DNA of 64,000 bases from Eledone cirrhosa. Its lineage: Eukaryota. The stretch spans positions 145,080,001 to 145,144,000 of the forward strand of contig OZ024740.1 of NCBI GenBank assembly GCA_964016885.1, written 5' to 3'. The notes beneath the pieces were generated by a model. The model was given only the letters and a program-made list of their open reading frames with translations. It was not told the DNA's origin and did no database searches. A program made the translations under genes and the position numbers. This document shows, in pieces, positions 26,196-39,654 of the stretch. Every line of letters begins with the position of its first letter. The stretch's first letter is position 1.

Positions 26196-29100
26196 AAGTA
26201 AAAACATTATCAAGAATGGATATAGGATCCTTATTTCTTGATCAATTTTCAAATATTTAATTGACCTTGTCTTTTATGTACCTTTTTACTAAAGTCGAAA
26301 TTCCCAGTTTTAAGTACATCTAATCTTTATAATCATTGTTTTCATACTGGCATGAATTGCATTTGAGTTACCATACCGAATGCTGATCTAACAATATGGT
26401 ATGGTATTATGGCATGGCATAAGACATTAAAACATATCACTTGTAATCTCAGAGTCAGTGTGGCAATATTTTGGGTTTTTTTTTTAACATTATCAGATTA
26501 GAACAAGAAGAGTTTCTGATTTGGTGCTCGTCTTTTCTACCAATCTCTTTATTATGGAATTTACCGAGAAAAAGAAAGAAAAAGTCATAAAAATAAACAT
26601 TAGAAAATATAACGGAACGGAAAACAAGAAAAAGAAATTATGAATTTCTAAAACCTATGATAACTTATTATATATTCCAAAAGGAGACATTATCATAAAT
26701 GTTATAATAATTTTTTTCTTGAAAATCATTAAAGCAAATTATGTAAAAAAGAAAAAAAAAAAAAAATTTTTTTTTTGTGATTTCAAAAGATTAAAATAAA
26801 AAAAGTGTACTCATGAGTAAAATGGTTCCTGGTTAATGCTTATTAGTTTTTAAAAAATCACTGAGGTTAATTACTCAGAGATGCTATTTACTTGGAAAAT
26901 TATAGTTAAGTTAGTGTTAACTTATTTAATGTAGTGAGCATCACAAATCTAATTAGAAATATTTATGCAGTGAGGAAAAAAACATTGGCTCAATTATTAA
27001 TGTATTTTTATTTTGGCATGAAAGGGAGACAACTCCAGATATGTTTCAGTCATTAGATCTCTCCAGTAAAACATAGATTTCACAAGAGAATCATTAAATA
27101 GTTGTACAATTTGTACACAAGTAGGCATAAAAAAATTAATCTATTCCAAATAAAGGAAAAAAAAAACAAACAATTTTTAATATATTAACATACTTAATGC
27201 AGTGAGCATCGTAATCTAATTAGAAATATTTATGCAGAGAGCAAAAGACAGTATTTACTTAATGATTGATATTATTTTAATCATTTGATCAAGTACATGA
27301 GACAACTCTAGAGATATTTCAATCTTATAAGATCTCTTTAGTGAACCACAGTATTTCTAGAGATTTGGTGCTCACTACATTAAATGTTAACACTAACTTA
27401 ATTATTGCTTAGTAGGTTATCTGTAGTATTCTCATTTTACACTAATTGCTGTTCCTCAACTTCTGTAGCACTTTCTTCTATTGTAAGCACCCTCCCACTC
27501 TTTCTCTCTTTTTCTTTGCTTCTCTTTCTCCCCACTCTCTCTTCCATATCAGTTTCTTTGTCATCAGTAATGGGAGAATTCCTATAAACTACTTCAATCT
27601 GCTTTGTATTAGTTACACAATACTATAATTAATAGTATTCCTGGTTTTCTGTAATATGATTGCTCACACTCTCAATTTAAGACCATTTCCCAATTCACTA
27701 TGTTGTAACTATTCTCAAATTATATTTAGATTGTGTATTCGGTTTAGAATAGGTACACTGTATCACTGTGTATCATAAAAAGCAACTGAAAATGTTGGTG
27801 CCAACCCATGCCAGCATGTTAAGTGTTGAATTGAAAATGGAGATCAAAGATTCTGTAAGCAATTGGTGAAAATAGTTAACTTGACAAACAGTTGTAGCTA
27901 AACTGAGTGAAGGAAAAAAAATTGTAAAGTGGCTATATAATTTTCATAGATGATGATGATACACTTTAAGTGCTAAGATTTATTTTACATTAAGTTTTCC
28001 ATAAGGTATCTTGAGATTGTTACAGTTTGGAGAAATGTTGGTGGATGTTTAATTAATGTAAAGTAATAAGCCCTCAGTTATCCAACCAACTCTGACCCAT
28101 TAAATTAACATGTAAGTGGTTGAATAGTCCAGACATGTGCCCCTAACATAATTCCAAAGCATGACAGTGTCACAAGGTTGGACCTTTGTATGGGAGCCAG
28201 TTGAATGGATTGTAATTCAGTTTCCAGCTACTCAATGCCACTCACAAGGCTTTGATCAACCTAAGGACACTTGCCTAAGATACCATGCAGTTGGAGCAGA
28301 CCTAAGACCTTATGATTGCATTAATAGGTCAAATAACCATAAATATTTGTATTAAAAGTAGTTGTAATATTGATGATAATCTACATCATGGCAAATATGG
28401 AGTGAATCAGAAAAATAAAATGAGATTAGACTTATAAAAATGTCAACTTATTTATATTTTTAGTTGTTCTGCAGACAATATATTTACAAGATTTTTAGGA
28501 AAAAATGCTCTTGATCATATCAATGAAACCATAATGAAACATTTGAATTCAATATTGTAAGCTAAATAAAACGTTCATTCAGCTTAGAGGAATGAGCTGC
28601 ATTTCTCAGTCATAGTTAATTACAGCTAGGTGGGCTAGGCAAGGTATTATAAAAGAATTTGAAATTTTTCTTTTATCTTAGATGAAGGAAGAGTTAGTTC
28701 TGAAATATCAGATTCCCCTCTCCTTGCAGCATATACATTTATCTAAACTCCTGAACTTCATTTTAACTGAATTATGACCATGTTTTTTAAATGAATAATG
28801 ATTGAGCTGAAATCTAGAAGCAGATATAAAAGGAACAAATCTCCTTGCGTTAAGGTTAACTCTTTAATACGCTGTAATGATTCAGCAGATAAAAAATAGG
28901 TTTATTTACTCATACATTTATAGTAACTTTACTTTATTGTGGAAATTTGCAATATTAGAGTAGTCTTCAATTAATATAATGCAGTCACAATTCTGTTTTG
29001 TACTTTTTGAGAATGCTTTGCCAATGTAGTTTCATGCAGTACAGGACATTAAGACTTAATGAAATTAAACTAGCATTTCCCAAACATGGTTCTACAGAAT

Positions 29101-30534
29101 ATTAAGTACAAATATCTAATAACTTTACTATAGGAGAATCAATTGATTTTGAATTTCTTATGATTTAAGATGCACTAAGGAAGGGGTTTATAATAGTTAC
29201 TGATTTTATTTTTCTACATTTTTCTCTTGAATTTGTTAAATCTGGCTATCTTTCATGATTTAACCTATTTAAATAGAGATTAAATAGTTATCAATATACC
29301 AATTTAGCATGGAATATAAAATTCAGTTTGTTGAATTATATATATGGTTATCAATTATATATAATCTACTGTATACTGAAACTTGGGGCTTCTGGTGTAG
29401 CTATCAAAATGCCAACAGCCTTGGATTTGTTAATATCCATCACAGTTCATATATCTCCACTTGCAGAGGAGCTTAGAGGGAAGCAGCTTAAACCTTCACA
29501 GAAAAAATATAAACAAGAGTTTAGTATATTTAGTACATTCAAACATGGAGGAAGACTTTTTGATAGAGAAATTAACAGCTGCAGGATTAAATGGAAACTA
29601 CCATTATAAAGAAGGATTATCTCATCTAATCTTACCTTATTAAAGATGATACATTTATCTCACTTAATTTAACATAAGTAAAAGTTTAATGATAAAGAAG
29701 TTATATGTATCTTATCTAATGTATAAAAAAAAACTTTGATGGTAAATTTATCTATCTGTTAATACTCCCATATTGACCTGTAATCTATGATTTCTGTAAG
29801 TAATTGGAAGACTCCTAGACATAAGATTTTTTGTTTGACATCAGCTGGTCCTTGAGTGCCGTACTCTGTTACAAGTATTTGGACCCATGTTTTTCTAGCA
29901 GATATTGATCTGCAGTAGTTCTGTTGTTCATTAGTCATATCAACTGCATCAGTCTGAGACATTATATAATTGTTACAACTTATTGTCTCTCCTCCTCTGA
30001 TCAGCTTATAAATGAGACATCGTGCAATTGTCATGGTTCATTGTGCTTTCTCCTTTGATCAACTTATGAGACACTATGCAGTTGCCATGGCTTACTGTCC
30101 CTCCTCCTCCTTCTCTCTCTGAGCTGCTTTTATAAAGAAAAAAATATATATATTCTGCTTCACCATCACAACTGCACTTTTAAAATTTCACTCAGCTTTC
30201 TAACTTGGCTATTAATCTTTTTGATACCAGACCACCTGAAACTGCCCCTGGTTCTATGATACTGAGCTGTTTGTTTTGAAGTGTTTATATTTATCTAAAA
30301 CCCTTCCATCATAATTTTATATAAGAACCTTTGTCCCAAACACCAGCTCAATAATGAGAATGTTAGTTGTATTACTAAATCCCTCCAAATTCTTGATTAG
30401 TTTCAAAATTATTTGAAAAATTACAGACAGTATACTTCATTAGAAATATGGTATCAAAAGGGTTAACACTGACTAGTCTTCAAAACTATCAGCAACTACC
30501 TTTGTCTTTTGTTCTCTCTCTTCACATATATTCT

Positions 30535-30768
30535 TTTATTCTTTTACTGGTTTCAGTCATTAGACTGGGGCAATGCTGGAGTACTGCTTTACAGATTTAA
30601 TCAATATCAGCCCCAGCATTTATTTTAAAGCCTTGCACATATTTTATCAATCTCTATTTGTTGAACCATTAAGTTACTAGAGCTAAGTGGTGTCAATGTA
30701 CACACCCACACCACACCACACCACACCACACACTTACACTCACTCACTCTCTCTCTCTCTTTCTCTCT

Positions 30769-30805
<37 letters not shown>

Positions 30806-30965
30806 ATGTATAAAATGGGTTTTGCACAGTTTCTTTCTCCCAAATTTCATTCAAGGAATTGCTCAACATGAGGCTATAGTTGGACATTTGTCCAAAGTAC
30901 CACAGAATGAGATTGAACTTGAAACCATGTAGTTGCAAAGTAAACTTTTAACAAAATAACCATGT
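30535..30965 (-). mobile_element. Second SINE-like family, interrupted by microsatellite
   Basis: ttttactggtttcagtcattagactg... and ggacatttgtccaaagtaccacag...gattgaac blocks recur at about 10860-10990, 28190-28330 and inverted at 50170-50300. Confidence 0.6.
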
Positions 30966-31664
30966 CACACAAGGAAATTAAAATTACCATTGAAAGGTTT
31001 GCCAATCTGAAATATTTCCTTAACCAAATTCTCTTGACCTGCTGGAAATAGTAGCTAAATGCCTCCTCAAAGCACACATTTCATGTCATACATTAGCTCT
31101 TACCTCATGATAGTTACAGGAGTGCTGTCATGCTATTTAAACCTGGTAGGGCCCATCCCTCTCCAGGCAGGAATAATCATCCCCACTATTCAATTGGGAC
31201 TTTATTTATTGTCCTCGAAAAGATGAACAGCAAAGTTGACCTCAGTGGAATTTGAGCGCAGGGAGCTGGAATATAATCCAGCACTTTAATAACTCTTCTA
31301 CTTCGTTGCCTAAACCACATTTTACCATCTTAAAAATAGGGACTCATTCACAGATAAAATGTTTTGATCAGAGCTGGCTTTGTTGCAAATGATTTTTGTA
31401 ATGTTATTTAACAGAACAATGCAAACTTTTACTGTTATTCAAAGAAAGGAATAACTATAATGTAGTTATTCCTTTCAGTTTTATGTCTATTTTTCCATGG
31501 ATTGGCTGAGACTTTTAAGGGGAAAATTCTATAGTTGTTTCACTGAACGGATTCTGAACCTGTGTATGGTTGTGGTGAGAATGGAAATAAGCCCGGTTTT
31601 TTTTTTTTTTTTAAATTTTTTTTTTTTTTTTTTTTTTTTTTAATCATTATATATATATTAGATA

Positions 31665-32032
31665 GATAGATAGGTTTCGGCCAGTATTGGCCCAAGCCAT
31701 GAATAATTTAATAGCACCACCTGGCGAAGTTTCAAATCAGGATTTTGACACAATGGCCCACTCAAGTAGAGAGTTATTGTTTACAGACATATATTCGGGT
31801 GAAGGAGGTTTATCTGGGATTTCTTGGATTTTGTTCAAAGAGTTTTTGAATTTTATGGGCTCTGTTTCTGTTTTAATGTATTTTGGTGTAATGTTAAAGA
31901 GAACATGACCAGTTAAGTTGAAATAATTGTACTGTAATAATATGAGATGCGAGTTTGATTTTTGTTGTGGGCGGATGCGTTAAAGAGGATACCAACATCA
32001 TTTGGGCAATGCTGATAGAATATTTTCTGCAT
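31665..32032 (-). mobile_element. CR1-like LINE 3' end (second family)
   Basis: Reverse complement of 44520-44910 (KTETEPIKFK...QEIPDKP). Confidence 0.85.
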
Positions 32033-32084
32033 ATCCATGCTAGTGTGGAAAATGGATGTTAAACGATGATGATATATATATGTT

Positions 32085-34675
32085 TCTTCTGTAACTGAGG
32101 TTGTGTGTTGGATAAAATGTATGTGTTATAGTAACCATTCCGCCTCGTGCCTTTCTGATCTATTATTTATTTCTGGCTTTAATTGACTAATTAAAATTGC
32201 TTCCTTAATTCCCAAATTTCCCGTTCTCCTTTCATTCAATGTCTCTATATATATTCTGACCTCAATGTCTTGTTATGGCATCTGTCAAGATGTTTTTTGA
32301 TGGCGGAGGCTCTCATTGTCACGTGTGCCTTGATCTGTATGTGTAGCCTCCTTATGGTACTTTCAAAGTATGAGTTGCTATATTTTCGCATGTGATCTAA
32401 TAGACCACATATGCTTTTATGCACACTTCTGCGTTGTTGGTGGATCAATTAGGAAGTGTGTACATATCACTATATGTGGGTTGGTGTCTGTGGAGCAGTT
32501 TCCTCAATGAGGTTCCTGTGTGTGCCAGCCATATATTCAGTCCCTCTCTATGGATGGTTTGTCTGATGGTAACTGTAATCTTCTCATTGAAATGTGGTAG
32601 CTTTAAGTAGCATATGTTATCCTTAGGGACACGTGTCCTCCTTGTTCTTTTAAATGTTGCTACTTTGGCATTTCAGTGTTTGGTGAGAGAAGTAGGGAGC
32701 CGTTTGGAATTCTACCGTGCTGGTATGTCTCACTACCCTCGCTGCATCTGTTGCGTATCCGGGAGATCTCATTCTGTATATAGGCCATTTTAACTCTGTA
32801 TGGGAGGGTGGAGTTGTGGTGTATGAAAATGTCTCTGCAGGCATCCTTCCTGTAAAATTTGGTGTATATGGATTCCTCTTCTGTGACTCTTAATGTAAAG
32901 TCAAGAAGAAGGAGTGATCAGTGGTGTCTGGATGTTCAATCTCAAATTTTATGTGTGCGTCAATGTTTTCAAAGATGTTATAGATCTTGATGGCTTCTTC
33001 GTGTGATGAGGTGAGTATAAGGAGAAGGAGTAAAAGTAGCAGGTGGTGAATGCTGTGCACTCCAACTTGTCCATGTACATGATGGCTCGCAGACATGAGA
33101 GACTCGATCCCATCGGAAGTCCTGAGATTTGTTTATATATGTCGCCCTCAAACTGGAAAAAGGTGTTGCACATAATGATAGAGCTGTTCATGGATGTCAG
33201 CAGCAGTGAGCCCAAAACAATTGAGGTCGGTAGATGTGATGATGTTAAGTCTATGGCAGGGAAAGTGGGGAAGGGTCTAGAGGGAAACTGCATATAAACT
33301 AAAAGAGTATCTATTCTGTCCAAGTGTGGTGGAGTCAAGATCTTTTAGTCTGTTGACTACTACTTTTCTATTTTTAAAGTTGGGTCCTGTTTTATGTGTT
33401 TTGATGAGATGGTAGAAGGTGGGAAGATTACTGTTTCTGATGATGAAGATGCATTTTATTCTACTAGGGAAGCTTTGGTGGTTACAGATATTAGTCCAGC
33501 TGGTGTTAATGCTGGTCTCTAGTTGGCTATGTGTGATGTTATTGCTAATCTTACTATATAGGGTTGTGTTATTGAGGTGTTCTCGTGGTGTGTAAATGTT
33601 CTGCTCAATGGTGCAGAATTCTCTCCCTTTGTCTGAAGAAGGTACATTATTTTTTTAAAAGAAAGTTCTCTTAGAATGGTGTGCTGAGATCTGGATAGAT
33701 TGTGGCAGGGGGAGCATGCACCTGCAAGATCTTGGAGATAGAATTCTTAAGTCTAGCTATTTAAGTGTTAAGTTCATGGTTGGTGGGGTGGGTTGTCGGG
33801 GTGGAATAAGGGACAAGAAACAAAAAGTTAGCATTGACGTAGGTGGTATTAGTGGTGGCAGCGGCAATGTTGTTGGTGATGTTTGTTGTGGTGGTAGTGA
33901 CAGTCATGGATGTTAGAGTTGTCGCCCACTTTAACTGATATGCCGTTCTACAGAAGTTGGCCTCTATGTCAAGCTTTATCTTCTCGGTGTAGTGTTGACC
34001 TATAATGAATTTAAGTCCATAGCTTAATAATTCTAATTCTAGTTCTCTAGATGTTAGCAAGCCAGATAGATAAGTTAAACATGGTTGTAGTTTTGTTGGT
34101 AGTTCTATTGTGGTTGTCGTAATTTTTGTTGGTAGTTCTATTGTGGTTGTCATAATATTTGTTAGAACGCTGGTCTCTGGTGCTGGATGCATTACTGTTG
34201 GTGTTATAGCAACTGTGGCGGTTGTAATATTTATTTACAATCCATTGAAACTTGTGTATGAGGCATTTTTTTTCAACTGTAAATCAATTGTGATAGCATA
34301 CGTTAATCATGTATAGTTTGGAATAGTGAGGAAGATTAGCTTGTAGAGTAGATATAGCTATTTTTTTTTTGTTGGTTGGCTTCTTTATGTGGTTGTCTGA
34401 TTAATTTTTCTTAAACGAAGAGGTGTATGAAGTTACATGAAGAAATGAAACTACTTAGATCAAAACATTTAGGTAGGTGTATGTTCCTGATTGAGTTAAG
34501 AGTGATGTTGTATTTTAGGCATTGGACAAGGAAGTTGATCTCTCAACAGATTTTCACTCGTTTTTCTAACTTGTACAGGTTCAACATGATAGTAAAATCA
34601 GCCTGGCTCGGGTGTGATGAGAATAGTGTAGTTAATACAAAGCATTGTGAGATATGTAGTAAATGATCGATAAGT
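32085..34675 (-). mobile_element. Degenerate Penelope-like element (RT plus C-terminal GIY-YIG)
   Basis: ELLSYGLKF, LPTFYHLIKTHK, NTFFQFEGDIYKQISGLPMGSSLS, HIKFEIEHP, then eroded endonuclease (STIRRLHIQIKAH); many frameshifts. Confidence 0.85.
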
Positions 34676-34759
34676 TTATATATATATTTATATAACCCAT
34701 GCCAGCATGGAAAAATGGATCTTAAACGATGATGATGATATATGTAAATATATTTATAT

Positions 34760-35085
34760 TGCTGAGGTCATTGGTCTGTCACATGGGTCTGTGCAGGCAA
34801 TCCTAACCTCTGAATTTAACATGTGGTGTGTCGCTGCCAAGTTTGTCCCCAGCCTGCTGACCACAGAGCAGAAAGAACATTGCATCAAAGTCTGTCAAGA
34901 TCTCCGTCAGCATGCTGCTGATAACCTATCCTTCATGTCAAGGATCATCTCCGATGACAAGAGTTGGGTCTACAAGTGTGACCCTGAGATGAAGGAACAG
35001 TCGACATAGTGGAAAAGCCCTTCATTTCCATGACCGAGGAAGGCACAACAGAACCGCAGCTCAATCAAGAGTATGCTAATCATTT
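34760..35085 (+). mobile_element. mariner transposase fragment
   Basis: GSVQAILT...AAKFVPSLLTTEQKEHC...RIISDDKSWVYKCDPEMKEQS resembles mariner WVPHEL and I-I-T-G-D-E-x-W motifs. Confidence 0.88.
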
Positions 35086-35146
35086 TATATATGCACACAT
35101 ATATATATATATGTATATATATATTGATGATGATGATGATGGTATA

Positions 35147-35181
<35 letters not shown>

Positions 35182-35769
35182 ACATTTATGGCTCTACTGT
35201 ACAATTCTTCCATCAGATTTGGTTTGTATGCACATCGTATCTGTGGCTTGTAGAAACTTCTAGTTGCCCTCTTACTCTATCATGTCATTTGCATTAGGTA
35301 GTCCTTTAAACCTACATCAGGCTGAAGTGTCTTTCAGCTTCCATACCTTTCTTTTCAAAATTGTCTTGTGCCTCTGAATTTCTAGCTCTTATCATAAAGT
35401 CATTTATATCAAGGTCATTTATCTTAAAGTCCTATGTTCAGCAGTACATTCTTTACTAGGGAATGACTTAGTATTCACAACCAGTTACCTATTCTATTTC
35501 CTGGTGAGTAGAAAGTTAATCTCGCTTGCTGGCAGGTCTCCTGAAATTAATATTGTAAATGATTAGGTGATTTTGCATCAGAGGACTCCAGGATCCTTGC
35601 TCCCTCTTCATTCCTTGTACCATATCCACAGCTTTTTTTTTTTTTTACATTGGAATAGTCATCAGGGTGTTGACCAAGTCATTAATGTCACTAGCCATGA
35701 TAATGGTACCACTGTCATTGAGGTATCCTGCTAGAAGTGTCTTAAAAATAACTTTCTGTTCAACAATCA

Positions 35770-36360
35770 CTACGAATGTGCTTGAAATAAATTATTTCAA
35801 ATACGCCGATGCTTCCCTAGAAGTAGTTGATGGCTTTTGTTACTTAAGTGACCTAATTAACAGCGGAGGTGAGTGCTGTTCCCAAACATATTAACTAGAG
35901 TAAGAATGGGGTGGAAATGTTAACTAAAAGTGTAAAAAAACAGATTATGTGAACTACACATATGAAATGTATGGTAGTGAGATATGGGCCTTGAATGTAG
36001 AAGATTTGTGGAATCTAAAAAGAAATAAAGTATGCATACTCCATTGGATGTATAATATTAGTATACATGAATAACAGAGCACAAATGAATTGAGAGAAAT
36101 CTGGCTTTAAAAGCAATCAGATATGGTGTGCATGTGATGCATATGTAGGATATCAGTTGTATAAGAAGTACTTAGTGTTTGAAGTAGATGGAACCTGTGG
36201 AAGAAGACCAAAGAAGATATGGGACAAAGTATTGAGGACTGATTTCAAAGAGTTGAATCTGATGGGCATGACTATGAACCATGATGATTGGTGACATATG
36301 GCACTGGAGAAGATCTGCTCACCAGTGCAAGCATGGTAAAATAGCCATTAAATGATATTG
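35770..36360 (+). mobile_element. Degenerate RTE 3' fragment
   Basis: LEVVDGFCYLSDLINSGG, YGSEIWAL, RRPKKIWDKV; same family as 13170 and 47500. Confidence 0.75.
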
Positions 36361-37329
36361 ATAGCAATTGGAGGGTTTAATACATTGGATCTCTTACCCA
36401 TTATATTCTTATTAAGTCCCCACCTACTTCTCTCTACATTATATTTATATTATTTTTTTTCTATTCATTGTATCATACTGCCTGTGTAATGAAAGATCAC
36501 ATTATATCCCCTCCATATTTATTCTACCACTGTACCTGTCTTCGATCACAATGCCTGTATAATAAGCAAAATGGCATTGGATCTTTCCATATTCTGTACT
36601 CCCCACCATCATTCTTCTTTAGTACTAGCCACCACTCTCTCCTCCATGTCACTCATCACTAGTATGTATTGTTCTCACTACTACCCATATCTACTTCAAT
36701 TCATCTTTCACTCTCTCTTACCCTCACCCATATTTATTGCTATCTCATCACACTGCTCATGTAGCTTTTCCTTTTAATCTCCTTACCAAGAACCAGCATG
36801 TAGCAATGACTTTCTTTCCATACACCCTCTCTACTATCCTCTCAAGCATATCATTCTCTTTCGCCATCACTTTCAAACTCTCTCTCTCTTTGTCATCATT
36901 CTGTACTTACAGCTTCAGAAACTGTGGGATATTGTGTTAAATACCTTGTCCATGAAAACATTAGTGTTAGTGATAACATACATGTATCTAACCCATCAGT
37001 TGTTTGTAAGAGATTCCTTTCTGATTTCGAGCCTGGAGCCTCTTTATTTTGTTTTTGTGTGACACCCAAAGAATAGACAACAGTATATAACATCAGCCAC
37101 TGAACTACTACAAAAAAAAATCATGTTCTGCTGGAAGTAAACAACAGTTGTTTGGACTAAGGAGTGACTACTCCAGGTTCAGAACTCCACTAGCATATAT
37201 TGAAGAATTTTGATGGTAAAGTGGGCACTGACTGCTATGTCAATTTTGAAAAAGCTGGCTGCACAAGCATTTGTAAATCTTGTAATTTTTAAACATCTCA
37301 AACAACAACAATAAACCTAGGATGTATGT

Positions 37330-39075
37330 AACTAAACTATGAGTTGGTATAAAATCTACACAGTTTGACAATCAACTTCAATCTCAAGAGTTAACCCTCC
37401 TTGTAATCCCAGCAGACAGAATGGAGATGATGTTGCCCCAGAAGATGGCAAGAGAGATGTGTTGGAACTCACGGGGCTTCCTCATGCATGTAGTGAACTC
37501 TGCTTCTGTAGCAGTGACTAAGGAGGTCGTCCAGGAGCCAAGAACGCCAGAAGTCTCCACTGCCACAGGCTTGACCACAAACCTATTGGAGAGTGACCGA
37601 TATTTCAATAGTTTGCACTCTTCTGCCTAACAAACAGCAAAGCCTCAGCTAGTCACCAAATGCACCAGGTTGCCACTAGAGAAAACATCACATAGCATCT
37701 CGGATGAGAAGTCTACCACCACGGAATGAGAAGATTGTTATGCTGCCTGGCCATTTACTGTACCCTTGGTGCAGCCCTGCTGGCTCAAGCTGGGAAGGGA
37801 AGCCTGTGGCATTCAAACCATGCTTTATGATCTTGTTAATAGCAGCATAGCAAAGGAGGTGCTACGATTGTCGGGGAAGGTTGAAATTGTCCACAGAGGA
37901 TCCACAGTGGCATTTGTGAGGCTTGTAGATCTGGAGACCAAACCTCAGGGAAACACTGATGTGCAAACAGTCGCTGTCCAGCTGAGTGCCAGCCGAGAGT
38001 AATGGTATAGCATTAAGCCAGGCACTGCTGTGGGTTGGGAGGGCAAGCAAAAACATGCCAGATTGTGCTGGTGAAGCTAGTGCACCAACCTGTCCAAGGT
38101 CATTTTGCACTGGGTGGTGTCCCATTTGTTTTGTATGGAATGGATGTCTAGGGAGAGGAGAAGAGGGATGGACATCCAAAGGATGGATGCCAAGCTGGTT
38201 CCATGTCATGGAGGCCACTTCACACTCCTGTAGGTTCCGTTGAGTTGTGAAGAATCCTGTTGATGAAGACACAGCAAGAGGTCATCGATGAAAGAAATGC
38301 CAGCAAGGCCAGTATGACTGGTGACTGAGGTCACCATATCTGGCAGGTAAGGTGGCCTGTTGCCATCAGGTATCATCAGCCTGTTTGTTGCAGATGTCAA
38401 GATATTTGAGAAGAGAGGCATGGCTCTAGCATGAAACAAATATTTCTCAGTTATATGGTTGCTACAGAAGATATATACTGCAGAAGAGATATAAAAGCTC
38501 TGGCATGGCAAAGTAGTAGCCTAACAGGAAGAGTGCTAGATGGGCATTAATTGGGTTCAGAGTTTCAAGCTGGTGAAGCTTGGACCTGAGAGTAGAGCAA
38601 ATGGCAGTGGGAGGATCGGCAAAGGATGTTTTCTTTTTAGAGGTCATCTGCACCTGATCGCATACCCAAGACAGAGGCCACAAATCCCCCAATGTCGTAA
38701 TTGATGTTCTCGACCTCTGTCTTGAACAAGTTGGTCTCAAGGCAGATCCACTCCAGAGTGGGAACCACTGATGGGAGATCATGGCAAACACTCTCAGCAG
38801 GCTTGCCTTTCTTTGCATCGTCCAGGTACCAGACATTGAGAGGAGGCTTGATGCTCTGAGTAATGTTGTCTACTCCAACAGCAATGAGGAGGTGGGTCCA
38901 ATGAATTGCCTTGTTGAACGGTGGTTGAAGATGATATGACCTTTTCCACAATTAGGAGTATGCTTGGGGACCATACAACAGGTAAGCTAATGGGTAGGCA
39001 AGTGGGGCATGGTTAAGGCAAGCTTTTAGCAGGTGGTCACGATGCCGAAAGTTGAAAGCATTTGTATATTGTATG
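37330..39075 (-). mobile_element. CRE-like (restriction-like endonuclease) non-LTR retrotransposon fossil
   Basis: NAFN, NVWYLDD (RT), SAWLNAIP...LRFGL...HKCHCG (Zn knuckle), KYRSL...PVAVETSGVLG...QHISLAIFWGN (RLE domain). Confidence 0.85.
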
Positions 39076-39654
39076 GACATTCACCAGTATGAACCATTGA
39101 CTAAATGTTTATAATGTAAATGAAGTATTGTTATTTTTGTTGAGTTTGTCCTTGTTTCAACACTTTATACCTTCTACACCAACACATATTTAAGATTGCT
39201 TCATCAAGCAATTTTATTAAATAAAATCTAATTTGTAGAATATGAAATATTTCCCTGAAACCCTTCCATTTGTTATTACAATTTCTTTATCTTCTTTTAA
39301 TCAAGTACCTCATGTTCTAAGTTCTCAGTTATATGACTGGAAGTCTTGGTGGGTGGCAGCTAGAATAAGATTAATTACTTACTGATCCAGTCTTCTTTTC
39401 AATACAGCTGAAACTATTTAACCAATTAACTTAGGGAGATGTAAGATAGTCTCAGATGATTGGACAGTCTTTCTTTAATAGCGGCAGTTATATTTTCTCC
39501 TTCAAATTACACAGATATGACAAATAATCAATCGAGATTTATTCATTTAATACAAACCTACATGAAACTGCTTCTTTTAGTGTTCATATTTGAATTGAAA
39601 TTAACATTTCAAACACCAATTAATTATTTTTACTGAATCTCCAAATTCTTGATT

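Noticed and set aside
37384-38951. Possible cellular gene on the minus strand
   Set aside because: The fragments are frameshifted pieces of one RLE-type retrotransposon ORF with no splice signals
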